The notes under the pieces were generated by a model, which made no database searches, was not told the DNA's origin, and was given only the letters and a program-made list of their open reading frames with translations. Shown one piece after another: positions 1 through 10,145 of a stretch of 64,000 nucleotides of DNA. Made by a program: the position numbers and the translations under genes. Every line of letters begins with the position of its first letter. The stretch's first letter is position 1. The stretch comes from Thermoproteota archaeon. Lineage in GTDB: Archaea; Korarchaeota; Korarchaeia; Korarchaeales; Korarchaeaceae. The stretch is taken from assembly GCA_027491415.1 (NCBI GenBank), contig JAOZFH010000055.1, positions 1 to 64,000 on the forward strand, in the 5' to 3' direction.

Positions 1-551
1 TAAAGCCAAAAGACAGAGTCGTCCGGAATGTTTCCAGATAAGTAGGATTTCGCAAGGCGGAGGAGGGCTGACTTGTTCCACGCCCTCAGCCCGGAAGTAA
101 CGTCGGTGACCTTCATCTTAGTCAACCATGTGACTACCGTAGATGAAAAAGCCCTTCCGGCCTGCTTGAGTATGGAGTCGTGATCATTGAAGTCTCCCTC
201 AACGTATCTTGAGCCTATTGCTATGTCTGCATTTCCGCGGAGAACCGGCTCTAGGAGCTTTGGAAGGTCTCTCGCCCTGTGTTGACCGTCGCCGTCAATC
301 TTCAGCAGAAAGTCGTACCCCTCCCTGATCGCTAAGAGGTAGCCCGCGAGAATCGCCATGGCTCCTCCCATGTGGAACGGTAGAGAGATTACCCTGGCCC
401 CCGCTTTACTTGCCAGAATCGGTGTGTCATCGCTCGAGCCGTCGTCCACCACCACAACGTCGTAGCCCCGGTTGAGGTCCAGAACATCTTCCACAACTTG
501 AGCTATGGTGGGCGCCTCGTTGTAGGCCGGGATCATCACTAGAACCTTCAT
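1..551 (-). CDS. Glycosyltransferase family 2 (DPM1-like), 3' end outside window
   Basis: Not in the ORF track. Manual translation from ATG at 551: MKVLVMIPAYNEAPTI...VVVDDGSSDDT...KIDGDGQH...IAIGSRY...TDVTSGLRAW, the classic GT2/DPM motifs. Confidence 0.9.
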   Translation of the reverse strand, partial: MKVLVMIPAYNEAPTIAQVVEDVLDLNRGYDVVVVDDGSSDDTPILASKAGARVISLPFHMGGAMAILAGYLLAIREGYDFLLKIDGDGQHRARDLPKLLEPVLRGNADIAIGSRYVEGDFNDHDSILKQAGRAFSSTVVTWLTKMKVTDVTSGLRAWNKSALLRLAKSYLSGNIPDDSVFWL

Positions 552-859
552 TAGATCACACCCCTGTACGCTGTCCCTCGCTCCTCAACGTACCCCACCA
601 CACTTACATAGATGTGAACGCCTCCCATTATTGCATTAAACTTAAGTTCACTCACTGACCAAATTCGGGCTATAAGTCGCAGCAGCTGTAGTGTGTGTGC
701 GCATTCACAAGGGACCTGAAATTCATCTGAGCTAATGGACAATATCGTAGGGTTCGATTGGCCCGGCAGCCTTCTGACAACATCTCGTTAGTAGCCGCAT
801 TACGCAACGGCTCTACAACAATTTCTCTGTACCTGAGAAGCACAAGGTGTGCAATAATA

Positions 860-1951
860 TCACATATGTCCAAATTCGTTCATTATTATGGAAGTAATTC
901 TTTCCGACGCGCGCCCATCACCGAGAATCCCAGGGGGCGGTCTCTGCGTAGCCCTTTTTTGCAAATCGAAGTAGGCCATAACGAGCCTGTCAACATCCAC
1001 ATCAACCAACTTTACCCATCCTGTTTGGACCAGCTCAATCCACTCCGTCCTATCCCTAAGGACTATGACTGGCTTGCCAAGAAGATATGCCTCCCTCTGA
1101 ACCCCTCCCGAGTCTGTCACCACAATACTGGAGCAATTCAGGAGGCCGACAAAGTCTATGTAATCTAAAGGTTTTGTTAGTATTAAATTTTCAAGACTCG
1201 TCAAGGTGTTCATTAAACCCAGGTTCTTCAATGCTCTAAAAGTTCTCGGGTGAACAGGAAATACTATTTTCGTAAACTTCGAAAGCTCTCTTATCCCGCT
1301 AACTACCTTCGCTAGGCGGTTCGGATTATCCACATTTTCAGCTCTGTGAACCGTAAAAACTAAATATCTTGAACATTCAAGGTCTAGTTCCTCAGTTATC
1401 TTAGAATTCTTTATTTCATCTATCCATTTATATAGTACATCAACATGCACATCACCTGTCAAAAATATTTTTCCTAGAACTCTCTCTTTTCTCAAATTAT
1501 TTTCGGACTGTGGCGTGGGCGCAAATAGAAACGTTGAAATGTGATCCGTTACCCTCCGGTTGATTTCTTCTTGCATTTTAATGTCAAAGGACCGCAAGCC
1601 TGCCTCTACGTGCGCCACGGGAATCCCTGCCTTAACAGCGGCGAGTGCACCCCCCATGGTCGAGTTGGTGTCTCCGTAAACGACAACTAAGTCAGGTTTG
1701 ATCGACATTAGGTGCGATTCGGCTCTCTTGATAAGCTCACCAAGCTGATAGCCTTGAGTGCCTGACCCTACACCAAGGTATATATCCGGGTCTCGGAGCT
1801 CAAGCCTATCGAAGAACGCCTGTGACATTTCATAGTCATAATGTTGTCCAGTATGAATTACTATGTGTTCGAATTTTTCATCAAAATAATCAATAACGGC
1901 AGCAAGCTTAACAAAATTGGGCCTCGCGCCCACGACGGAGGTAACGATCAT
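860..1951 (-). CDS. wecB: UDP-N-acetylglucosamine 2-epimerase (non-hydrolysing)
   Basis: VGARPNFVK, HTGQHYD, YGDTNST, HVEAGLRS, EEINR, TDSGGVQREA, RDRTEW motifs. Confidence 0.95.
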   Translation of the reverse strand: MIVTSVVGARPNFVKLAAVIDYFDEKFEHIVIHTGQHYDYEMSQAFFDRLELRDPDIYLGVGSGTQGYQLGELIKRAESHLMSIKPDLVVVYGDTNSTMGGALAAVKAGIPVAHVEAGLRSFDIKMQEEINRRVTDHISTFLFAPTPQSENNLRKERVLGKIFLTGDVHVDVLYKWIDEIKNSKITEELDLECSRYLVFTVHRAENVDNPNRLAKVVSGIRELSKFTKIVFPVHPRTFRALKNLGLMNTLTSLENLILTKPLDYIDFVGLLNCSSIVVTDSGGVQREAYLLGKPVIVLRDRTEWIELVQTGWVKLVDVDVDRLVMAYFDLQKRATQRPPPGILGDGRASERITSIIMNEFGHM

Positions 1952-2125
1952 ATATCACCTTCCCGTCCCTCTCCTCCAAAAAAAGATTGTCAGCGAACTC
2001 CGGCCTTTATTCAGACTGTGTAAGGCCCCAAAACCCTCAGTTGTGTATACTGAGGTCAAGTAAGATTGCCGATCCACTGGCCAAGCTGGGGAGTGATAAC
2101 CGCTGCCTTTGTACCTAACATTATG

Positions 2126-3268
2126 TCAGAATACTGCTAGGGCCTCTCTATATATGGCATCTAGATCCCTAAGAACCCTGTCCCATGAGAAATTCTTCTC
2201 CACCGCCAGCCGAGCAGACTCTCCAATCCTTTTCCTGAGGTTCGAATCTCGTAAGAGAATTGACAGTGCCTCAGCAAGTCTCAAGGGGTCCCCCGGTGGT
2301 ACGAGAAGCCCGTTCTTCCCATTGATCACCACCTCTCTAACGCCTGGAAGGCTCGACGCCACCACAGCCTTCCCTGCGGCCATCGCCTCCAACAGGGCCC
2401 TAGGCATCCCTTCACTAAGAGAGGGTAGGACGAATACCTCTGCCCTAGAGAGTATGCTTGGAATCCTTTCGTGGGGAACGGCATCGCGGACAGTTATAAG
2501 CCCCTCTAGGGCCTCCTCTCTGACCAGGTTCTCAATGAACCTCCTCCTCGGACCTCTCCCGACCAGCAGAAGTCTAAAATCCAGTCCTTTTTCATTCGAT
2601 AATATCTTAGCTGCCCGGATCAGCACCTCAAGCCCCTTCTCCTTAACAAACCGGCCGTACCACACCACCAGACCAGGTAATGGCCTTCCCCCTGAGGCGA
2701 ACATGGTTAAGTCCACCGGAACGGGGACGACCCTTATCTTCTCGGGACTCAGCGAGGCCAGTTTGGAGACTCGCTCTGCATCCGATCTGGTCAAGCATAT
2801 AACGAACTTTGCTCCACGCAGGATACGTCTCCCGAGGGTTTTGAGATATGCGGTCTGTGCCAGATCTACGAAAGCGCCCCGACGAACTCTGAATCCGTGC
2901 ACGGTAACTACGTACGGTATCCCCAAGCGTGATGCAGCCTTATAGGCTTGATAGCTAGTCAGGAAGAGGTGCGAGTGTACGTGCAGAATCGTGGGGCTAA
3001 TTAACTCGATGTACTCTCCCAGCCTAGGAATGTACGGATACTCTGTCACCCAGGGCCTCAGCCCCAAGTTGAAGCCAGGTAACCTCAAGCAGACTAAATT
3101 TTCTCCCAGCTGCTCCTTCTCAGGCTTTCTTACCTTTGGGCTCCACGCAACGAGGGTCACTTTATACCGGGCGGACTGCCTTTTGGAGAGTCCGAGAGCA
3201 AAGAATGGGTCGCCTACGGTGTCCCTGGGAGAAATATGACATAGGTGCATAACGTGCGTGCACATCAA
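2126..3268 (-). CDS. Glycosyltransferase family 4
   Basis: YVVTVHG, YGRFVKEKGL, LPSLSEGMPRALLEAMAAG (EX7E), FSW C-terminus. Start codon uncertain. Confidence 0.9.
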   Translation of the reverse strand: MMCTHVMHLCHISPRDTVGDPFFALGLSKRQSARYKVTLVAWSPKVRKPEKEQLGENLVCLRLPGFNLGLRPWVTEYPYIPRLGEYIELISPTILHVHSHLFLTSYQAYKAASRLGIPYVVTVHGFRVRRGAFVDLAQTAYLKTLGRRILRGAKFVICLTRSDAERVSKLASLSPEKIRVVPVPVDLTMFASGGRPLPGLVVWYGRFVKEKGLEVLIRAAKILSNEKGLDFRLLLVGRGPRRRFIENLVREEALEGLITVRDAVPHERIPSILSRAEVFVLPSLSEGMPRALLEAMAAGKAVVASSLPGVREVVINGKNGLLVPPGDPLRLAEALSILLRDSNLRKRIGESARLAVEKNFSWDRVLRDLDAIYREALAVF

Positions 3269-3408
3269 GTGACTGAGTATAGCGCGTCTTTCGCTTTATT
3301 TAGTTGGTCCATTTACGAGTCACGAAACGACATTAGGAGCAACCGAGGCAACCCCATGGGTGTGTAAACAGGAAATTGGGTCGTATTCACGATCGGAGGG
3401 CAGAGAAA

Positions 3409-4641
3409 ATGTCCCAGAAGGTCTGCTTCTTTACGGGCTTCGGGCCAGTCCCAAACAAGACGGCTGCCTGGAGGAGGGTGGGATACTGGGCGTGCCACCT
3501 AGCGAAGGAGGGGTACGATGTCGTGGTCATCTCTTCCATAGATGTAAAGGGAGAGGACGTGACGGTAGGCTCGAGGGAATTGAAAGAAAACCTTAAAATC
3601 TACAATACATGGATGCGAATTAATTCAAATTCTCTTCCGGCATATATATTCAATACATTATCCTCCTTTCTAGTAATCCCTCCAATATTTCTATTGGAGA
3701 GGCCGCGGGTGGCGATTTTATCGGTTCCCAGTAGGGAAGGGATCTTTGCTGCGTTCATTGGAGCGAAACTCGTGGGGGCTAAGATAGTTATAGACTACAG
3801 AGACGAGTGGGAGGAATATCTTATAACTCATAGTAAAAATAGGATAAAACGTGTCATATTTAGACTAGTTAAGATATTAACGTTTTATATCTACAAGCGT
3901 AGCAACATGGTCATCGCAGTGACTCCTTTAATTCAGGAGAAGCTCCACAAACTACTACCCAGTAATGAGGTTATTTTAATACAAAATGGGGCCGACACCT
4001 CCGTGTTTTACCCCAGGAGAAAAAGTGAAGTTCGGGCGTTACTGGGAGTCCGGCCCAACGGACTCGTTCTCGTTTACACTGGATTCATCGGCAAGTACTA
4101 CGATTTGGAAACAGTCATTTCAGCCATTTCTATCGCGAAAGCTAGGGGTGTCGAAACTTCCCTGCTGGTAGCAGGCTGGGGAGAGGATGCAGCACGCATT
4201 AGGGAATTAGCACAGAGGGCGGGTGTGGACCTAAGGTATTTTGGGCCTGTGGACGATGATGAGATGTTGGCTAAGATCATATCGTCTGGAGATGTGGGCA
4301 TCATCCCGTTTAGGGACGAGGAGCTCTGGAGCAGTGCCCTCACTACGAAGTTCTTCGAGTACGCAGCGTGCGGGCTTCCGGTAATCGCCCTAGCTAGGGA
4401 CCACTGGCTTCTGGCAAGAGTCATTAGAGAGAACGATGTCGGGCTGGTCGTACCGCCCGAGAGACCCTCGGCGCTCGCAGAGGCCATATGGCGACTCTCT
4501 AATGATCTCGACCTCGCTAGAGAGATGGGGGCAAGAGCCAGGAGGATGATTCTAAGGAGCTATAGCAGGGAGGCTTTGGCGAAGAAATTCCTTCAAAGTC
4601 TCGTCGCACGTGGGATTGTGGAGCCCCTCGAGCGGAGGTAA
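3409..4641 (+). CDS. Glycosyltransferase family 4 (WbuB-like)
   Basis: IDYRDEW, NGADTSVF, YTGFIG, TKFFEYAACGLPVI. ATG at 3409 follows GGAGGG. Confidence 0.9.
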   Translation: MSQKVCFFTGFGPVPNKTAAWRRVGYWACHLAKEGYDVVVISSIDVKGEDVTVGSRELKENLKIYNTWMRINSNSLPAYIFNTLSSFLVIPPIFLLERPRVAILSVPSREGIFAAFIGAKLVGAKIVIDYRDEWEEYLITHSKNRIKRVIFRLVKILTFYIYKRSNMVIAVTPLIQEKLHKLLPSNEVILIQNGADTSVFYPRRKSEVRALLGVRPNGLVLVYTGFIGKYYDLETVISAISIAKARGVETSLLVAGWGEDAARIRELAQRAGVDLRYFGPVDDDEMLAKIISSGDVGIIPFRDEELWSSALTTKFFEYAACGLPVIALARDHWLLARVIRENDVGLVVPPERPSALAEAIWRLSNDLDLAREMGARARRMILRSYSREALAKKFLQSLVARGIVEPLERR

Positions 4642-7600
4642 GGGCCACGATTATGGTTAGCACGAGAGACAGGAGAAAAGCTGCGGACATCTCCCTCCAT
4701 CCGGCACCGACCCCGCGAAGGGGCGGGTCAATCCTGTAGCTGGTGTAGGATAAGTTCTTAATGGCGACAAGCGGTCCAAATTTAAATTCCCAACTAAAGC
4801 TCAGCCCGTCATCGAATATCAACCTCCTCTCCTTGTACTGATTTATGGACATCCTTGCCACTTTCGATAAATAGAACCGAGTCTCTGTTCGGCCGCTGGA
4901 GACGACTGTGGGGCGCCTCATGACGAGCTCGTGTAGCCCTGTTACCGCGATCCACGCTTTGGCGGTGTGAGTGCCTAGAGTTAGGGTAGATCCATTGGTA
5001 AACTGAAGAATTAGCTTGGACGGCCCGTCTAAATCGAGTATAGAGTTCTCCGTCCTTATGGCGGCGTAGAATGCGGATGGCGCGCTCGTTATCTTTGGGT
5101 CTCTCAGGTGAGCCGTGAGGCCAGGGCCTGATAGGACTGCGACCGCCGAGAGATTGCGGAAAGACTCATTTCCCTTCGATAGATTTTCTACGAACAAGGA
5201 GAGACTACTCGGATTCGCTGGCAATATTAGAGCGGAACTCCCAACCAAGGACATGTTCTCCGTCAGAAGGGTCCCCAGATACCCGTCGAACTCCCCCCAA
5301 CTCATATAAGGGGTCCAAGTAGGCGCTAAGGTCGAGATGCCGAGATCCTCCAGCGGAATATCCAATATCTTGTGAACCGCCTCTAAGCCATCCTTGTCCA
5401 GCCTCTCTTCTGATTCCAAGTACTGCCTGAGCGGGAACGCGTTGACTAGGTAAACAACTCCGCTTCCCATACGCAGCTTGACGACTGCCGGGGCCCTGCG
5501 GCCATCCCCCACGTACCAAGCGAGAACCTCCGCGGCTCCATCCAAGTCAGTTCGAATGGATGCCCCCTGAACCTCTAAGGGGCGGGGGATCCCGATGGTA
5601 ATCCCTTCTCCTGACACTTCTGTGGCGTTTAACTTCATCGCCGACGTGTCGAGAATCTCCTGGCTGAGTGAACCGTATCCGTTTAAGTTGTATACTATTG
5701 CCACCCCACCTCCCTCGACATACCCGAGGATCCGGCTTGAGGTCGTGTAAGGTCCGTAATCCAACCAGCGCTTGGACTGCGAGACGACCTTCCCGATGGA
5801 AACAACGCGTAGACCCCTGCTCACGCCTAGTACGATCCCATCGAGAGAGAACTCCCCCCTCCTACGGTACAACTCTTCTCCGTTGACTTCCACCTCCATT
5901 CGCTCCGCAGAGGCCTTGAAAGTCAAATTCATCTGACCCTTCCGACTCCAGCTCCCAACGCGATCGAAGTCCCTGATCTTAACCACGCCAGCATCGGGCT
6001 CCTTGGCCATTAGAATGGCGTAGATCTCCCCGTCACGTCTAAATAGAATCCCAACTGACTCATAGCCACCGTCTGGCCGAATACTGTAGACAATCGACAC
6101 GAGCCCTTCTCTGTGGACAAGTACCCCGCCAACCGGGGAAATCTCTACCGAGATAGATGCTGAGACGACGGGGCCACCTGAAAGATTCAGGTACGTGACC
6201 TTAACGCTCCTGGGCGGGAGCATCGAGGACAGCAGGTCGGACAGGTCTATGGTCTCGTCCCAGGCGACGGGGATTGTTTTCACCTCATCTTCTCTCAGAA
6301 CTCTACGTTCCTCGATCAAGTCGCCTCTAGGCGGGTCGTACGGGAGAATTATAGCCCTGTAGTCGACGAAAGCTCTGGGGTCACCGTCAACGACGGCCGT
6401 GACGTTAAACGCACCATTTGATATGGAGGACGCCACGATCGCGCTGGCCCAAACGGGAACGAGTCGATGGTTTATAGGGATGATGTAGGCGACAGTGGAT
6501 CTGCTCGGCGTGGGGTGATACCTGGGAAGATCGTATACACTCACATCGCCGGCTTTCTGGGGCTTAAGCCAGGAGAGAATCCCCTCTAGAAAGCCATCCT
6601 GTAAGACGCCCTGCCCCTGAGTGATGAGGTACATGTGGGAACTCATCGCGGATGGTATCATTGGAGGGGAGAGGGCCGCCAGGACGGGTTCAGGGGAATC
6701 TGAGCAAAGCATGTCAAAGTAGAGTTGAGCGGATATGGGCACCCTGGTAGCCGGGCTCCCGGCCAGGATTGCATGCTTGAAGGAGTTCAGGTCCGTCGCC
6801 ACGGCGTAGGCCGTGGGATCCGCCTCCAGCCTTAGGAACACCTCGCGTGACGCGCTCAGGTTGAGGCCGCTGCCTTTGCTGGCGAGGCTCACCACCGCGT
6901 AGGTGCCTGAAATTACGGGAATGGCCTCCATTACGATAACTAGGATGATCAGGATTGGTACTGCCACCCTCCTGGCAAGATTGCCGAATTTTTTCAGCTC
7001 GAGGGCGGCCGCCGGAGCGAGGATGGCTAGGAATCCCCGCGTGATGGGGACCATCCTGAGTTCCGAGTAACCCGTGAAGAACAGGTGAGAGTTTGCTAGA
7101 CCAACGACCGTGCCGACGATCGCCGCGGAGGCTGCAACGCAGACTGGGAGAGCCTTCCTAAGGTATGGGTCTCTTTTGAGATCTCCGTTCACGTAGGATT
7201 TAACTACGTAGATGGCGCCCATCATTCCAGACAGCCCGAGGAGGGGCGCGTAGTAGTACCACGGAACATCAGCCATGGTGAAGCTCTTGAGGGGGCTCTG
7301 TTCCCCGAGCATCCAGAGCATGACGGACGAAGCGTACACGAATATGATCAAGTAGGGGGTGAGACTGGGGAGGAGAGCGCTCCTCCCAAGAACCCCCCCT
7401 CGAACGTTGGATCTGAGGGTTCTAAGTGCGCGTCTGGCGATATCGATTGAGGCGAGCAGGGCGGCCGGAAGTATTGAGATAGCAATTAACTTTGAATCGG
7501 GAGAGAAGAGGGGCATCCACTGATCTAAGGCTATTAATGCGGCCCCCCCGAGTAAAGATCCAAGGGAGATGCCGACATTATACTTCCTCGGCCGGTCTTC

Positions 7601-8623
7601 AGTAAGCAGTGCGTGCAGGAAGAGAGACAGTGAGAGAATCGTGACCTCGACTATGTGGGTCAGAAACATTCCCAGGCTAAGTATGCCAGCGACCGCCGCT
7701 AACTGACTGCTTGCTTGGGTCTCCCTGTACTCCGCAGAAAGAAGATATAACCAAGATAGGAATAAAATCCCCCCAAATGATAGAACGTATGGACTATAGA
7801 GGAGGCCGTATTGATAATACTCCACAGTAGTAATCGGAAGTCCCTTGGCAAGCCTCTTTACCCAGGCCAGACCAGAGGAGCCTATAGTTAGATCGACGAG
7901 GGCGGCGGACAACAAGGCATGGACTCGTTGATCCGGTCCAAGGATTCTCTTTGCTAGGATGAAGGCTGCCAGGGGTACAATAAGGCTCAACCCGGAGAGG
8001 GCGCCTTTCAGGGCGCCATCCATGAAGTCGGAGAAGTGCGCCGCTAGGCCAAGGTGAACTCTGAGGAAGGGAGGATATCCCCCATTGTAGAGTCGAGGAG
8101 CCCTCCATATGGCCCTAGCCCAAGAGACATGGCGGGACTGGTCGGCGTAAGCCAGATGTCCGAGTCCGGGGTAGGCGACGGCGGCCAAAGAGATGTGATA
8201 AGCGGCTAGTGCCAGTATGCCAGCTAGGACCATGCTGTCCGCCTTAGTAGGGAGGACCAGGGCTTTCCTGACGACTTCTTCTCGATCACGCAACCAGTGC
8301 AGGAAGAGCGCAGCGTAGGCGGCCATGGTTGCAGGGAGGACGAGGGACCTGGCGGCGGCGGGCACTGGGAGTAGTAGCAAGGAGATCAGCCCAACTACCC
8401 CGTAGCTTGCAAAGAACGAGAACACAAAGAATTCCGCCAAATCCAGCTCGAGGCCCTTGCTCAGCATCAGAAGCACTAGGAGAGCCCCCGGCAGAAAGAA
8501 GCTAAGGGGGATGGATAAGGCGAGCCCAATCGCCGCGCCCGAGGGCCAGGACGTGAAGGACAACGTGATCAAAATTAGAGAGGCTGCTATGGTAGCCGAA
8601 GGTAGGGACCTCGTCAGCCGCAT
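4517..8623 (-). CDS. Large polytopic membrane protein with extracellular domains (putative GT-C-like)
   Basis: 1368 aa: many hydrophobic helices in the first ~580 aa, then ~700 aa beta-rich soluble region and a final TM helix. Sits in the glycosylation cluster. GT-C assignment is inference. Confidence 0.6.
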   Translation of the reverse strand: MRLTRSLPSATIAASLILITLSFTSWPSGAAIGLALSIPLSFFLPGALLVLLMLSKGLELDLAEFFVFSFFASYGVVGLISLLLLPVPAAARSLVLPATMAAYAALFLHWLRDREEVVRKALVLPTKADSMVLAGILALAAYHISLAAVAYPGLGHLAYADQSRHVSWARAIWRAPRLYNGGYPPFLRVHLGLAAHFSDFMDGALKGALSGLSLIVPLAAFILAKRILGPDQRVHALLSAALVDLTIGSSGLAWVKRLAKGLPITTVEYYQYGLLYSPYVLSFGGILFLSWLYLLSAEYRETQASSQLAAVAGILSLGMFLTHIVEVTILSLSLFLHALLTEDRPRKYNVGISLGSLLGGAALIALDQWMPLFSPDSKLIAISILPAALLASIDIARRALRTLRSNVRGGVLGRSALLPSLTPYLIIFVYASSVMLWMLGEQSPLKSFTMADVPWYYYAPLLGLSGMMGAIYVVKSYVNGDLKRDPYLRKALPVCVAASAAIVGTVVGLANSHLFFTGYSELRMVPITRGFLAILAPAAALELKKFGNLARRVAVPILIILVIVMEAIPVISGTYAVVSLASKGSGLNLSASREVFLRLEADPTAYAVATDLNSFKHAILAGSPATRVPISAQLYFDMLCSDSPEPVLAALSPPMIPSAMSSHMYLITQGQGVLQDGFLEGILSWLKPQKAGDVSVYDLPRYHPTPSRSTVAYIIPINHRLVPVWASAIVASSISNGAFNVTAVVDGDPRAFVDYRAIILPYDPPRGDLIEERRVLREDEVKTIPVAWDETIDLSDLLSSMLPPRSVKVTYLNLSGGPVVSASISVEISPVGGVLVHREGLVSIVYSIRPDGGYESVGILFRRDGEIYAILMAKEPDAGVVKIRDFDRVGSWSRKGQMNLTFKASAERMEVEVNGEELYRRRGEFSLDGIVLGVSRGLRVVSIGKVVSQSKRWLDYGPYTTSSRILGYVEGGGVAIVYNLNGYGSLSQEILDTSAMKLNATEVSGEGITIGIPRPLEVQGASIRTDLDGAAEVLAWYVGDGRRAPAVVKLRMGSGVVYLVNAFPLRQYLESEERLDKDGLEAVHKILDIPLEDLGISTLAPTWTPYMSWGEFDGYLGTLLTENMSLVGSSALILPANPSSLSLFVENLSKGNESFRNLSAVAVLSGPGLTAHLRDPKITSAPSAFYAAIRTENSILDLDGPSKLILQFTNGSTLTLGTHTAKAWIAVTGLHELVMRRPTVVSSGRTETRFYLSKVARMSINQYKERRLIFDDGLSFSWEFKFGPLVAIKNLSYTSYRIDPPLRGVGAGWREMSAAFLLSLVLTIIVALTSARGAPQSHVRRDFEGISSPKPPCYSSLESSSWLLPPSL

Positions 8624-8729
8624 CTGTTGGTGTGCCAGGGGCCTTTTTTAACCTTATGAGCTGTGGAGGCAGGGCATTTTGGGCGTCGAATTTCGCGCGC
8701 GAATTTAAGTCGGCAAAGTGAACCATTCA

Positions 8730-9161
8730 TTAGGATTCGGTTTTCACAGACCTAATCTTGATAGCTAGTCCCGAAGATAGGTCCCTGAAAAAGCCCGAGT
8801 GCCTTGCTAACATCTTTAGGTCTAATTTCCTGTCCCTCAGCTCATCGGGCATTACCCGTGGTATGCCCCCCACGATGGGATACCACCTCCCGCACTCTCT
8901 GCAAACCAGAATACCCTCTACTATCTGCCTTGCCTCACAGGACGCGCAATCTTCTGGTGAGGGGGTTGGGGTTCCCTGATCCTTGGCTCTCGCCCCCAAC
9001 TTCGTGTCAAATAGGGCGCAGTACCACTCGCATCTCCTCTCACTGGGCCCGCGCCTGCCTGAGTCCGAGAACCTCTCTGAAAACACGAACAGCCTGAGGG
9101 GAGTGTCCTTATGATACGGGCAAACAAGCCTATCTAGGAGACTTCTCCTCACTTCGCTCAC
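8730..9161 (-). CDS. Trm112-like protein
   Basis: LLDRLVCP...EGILVCRECGRWYPIVGGIPRVMP is the Trm112 signature, with a Cys-rich insert (CEWYC, CASC). Confidence 0.8.
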   Translation of the reverse strand: MSEVRRSLLDRLVCPYHKDTPLRLFVFSERFSDSGRRGPSERRCEWYCALFDTKLGARAKDQGTPTPSPEDCASCEARQIVEGILVCRECGRWYPIVGGIPRVMPDELRDRKLDLKMLARHSGFFRDLSSGLAIKIRSVKTES

Positions 9162-9819
9162 CCTGCTTGACGAATTTCATCACCAGCCAGTAACCCAGCA
9201 TGACTCGACCTAGCACGTTCTGTATGAGAAGCCAGAGCCTGACCGGTAGGATCCTAAAGGGTCCCCACAGCGTAATATAAGGCAGGTTGACAATGTGCAG
9301 CCTAGATACCTGCCTATATCCGTCGGGCAGGAGGCCCGTGAGGTGTTTTTCGTCCATGGAGAGAAGGTGTCCGTATCTGGGCGTAGGCCTTCCACAATGG
9401 ACGCACTTATAGTAAACGATCTTCTCCTTATATGGAATAGATATTAGGATTGTTCCGCCTTTCGTGAGTACCCTGTCAGCCTCTGCTACGGAGGCGAGCT
9501 GACTCTCCTTGGGCATATGTTCTAGCAACTCAAGCATAGAGACCGATTCGAACGAGGAGTTCCTGAACGGTAGCATCTCAGCACTGGCCTGAACAAGCTC
9601 AACCTGCCAGCCAAACCTCTCTCTGGCCGTCTCAAGGGCTTTGTCGTCTATGTCTACGGCTACCACGTATTCCACAACTTCTGATATCGCCGATGTCATG
9701 TCACCCTCTCCGCACCCGATGTCAAGGAGAGAGCGTGGACGTGGTTCTTTGAGTAGGAGCTTAATTACTTCGGCTCTCCGCCTCTGTTTTTCTTTCTCAT
9801 AAGATTCAATGGAGAGCAA
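9130..9819 (-). CDS. Class I SAM-dependent methyltransferase
   Basis: LLDIGCGEG, AVDID, ASAEMLPFRNSSFE, ELLEH motifs plus a CVHC insert. TTG start after GGAGGGTGA. Confidence 0.9.
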   Translation of the reverse strand: MLSIESYEKEKQRRRAEVIKLLLKEPRPRSLLDIGCGEGDMTSAISEVVEYVVAVDIDDKALETARERFGWQVELVQASAEMLPFRNSSFESVSMLELLEHMPKESQLASVAEADRVLTKGGTILISIPYKEKIVYYKCVHCGRPTPRYGHLLSMDEKHLTGLLPDGYRQVSRLHIVNLPYITLWGPFRILPVRLWLLIQNVLGRVMLGYWLVMKFVKQGERSEEKSPR

Positions 9820-10145
9820 TCCAAGTCACCCTCCCCAAGCCAATTGCCTGGGTCAGGGGGAAACTCCTAAAAAGGAGCCCAGCGCTATCCTATTGCTGCA
9901 GCGAGAGGCTCACGATTTTTCTTTTCCCCACATTCGATTAGCATTTTAAGTAATTTATATTGGGTAGTAATGTATTAGTGAATTAACGTTATTCGTGACT
10001 TCAAAAAGTATAAAAATCAGCTGGCATAGTTCATCTGGTAGAACTCGTATAGATAGAAATATGCTTAAGAAGGTAGCGCCCGTGTGCCTTGTCTTGGCAG
10101 AATAAGGGTAACAAGTTGTGCGTTCTGGAGAAAGGTGAGCTGTAG

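Noticed and set aside
551-873. Short ORFs between GT2 and wecB
   Set aside because: They have no motif or SD, and the two overlapping candidates conflict.
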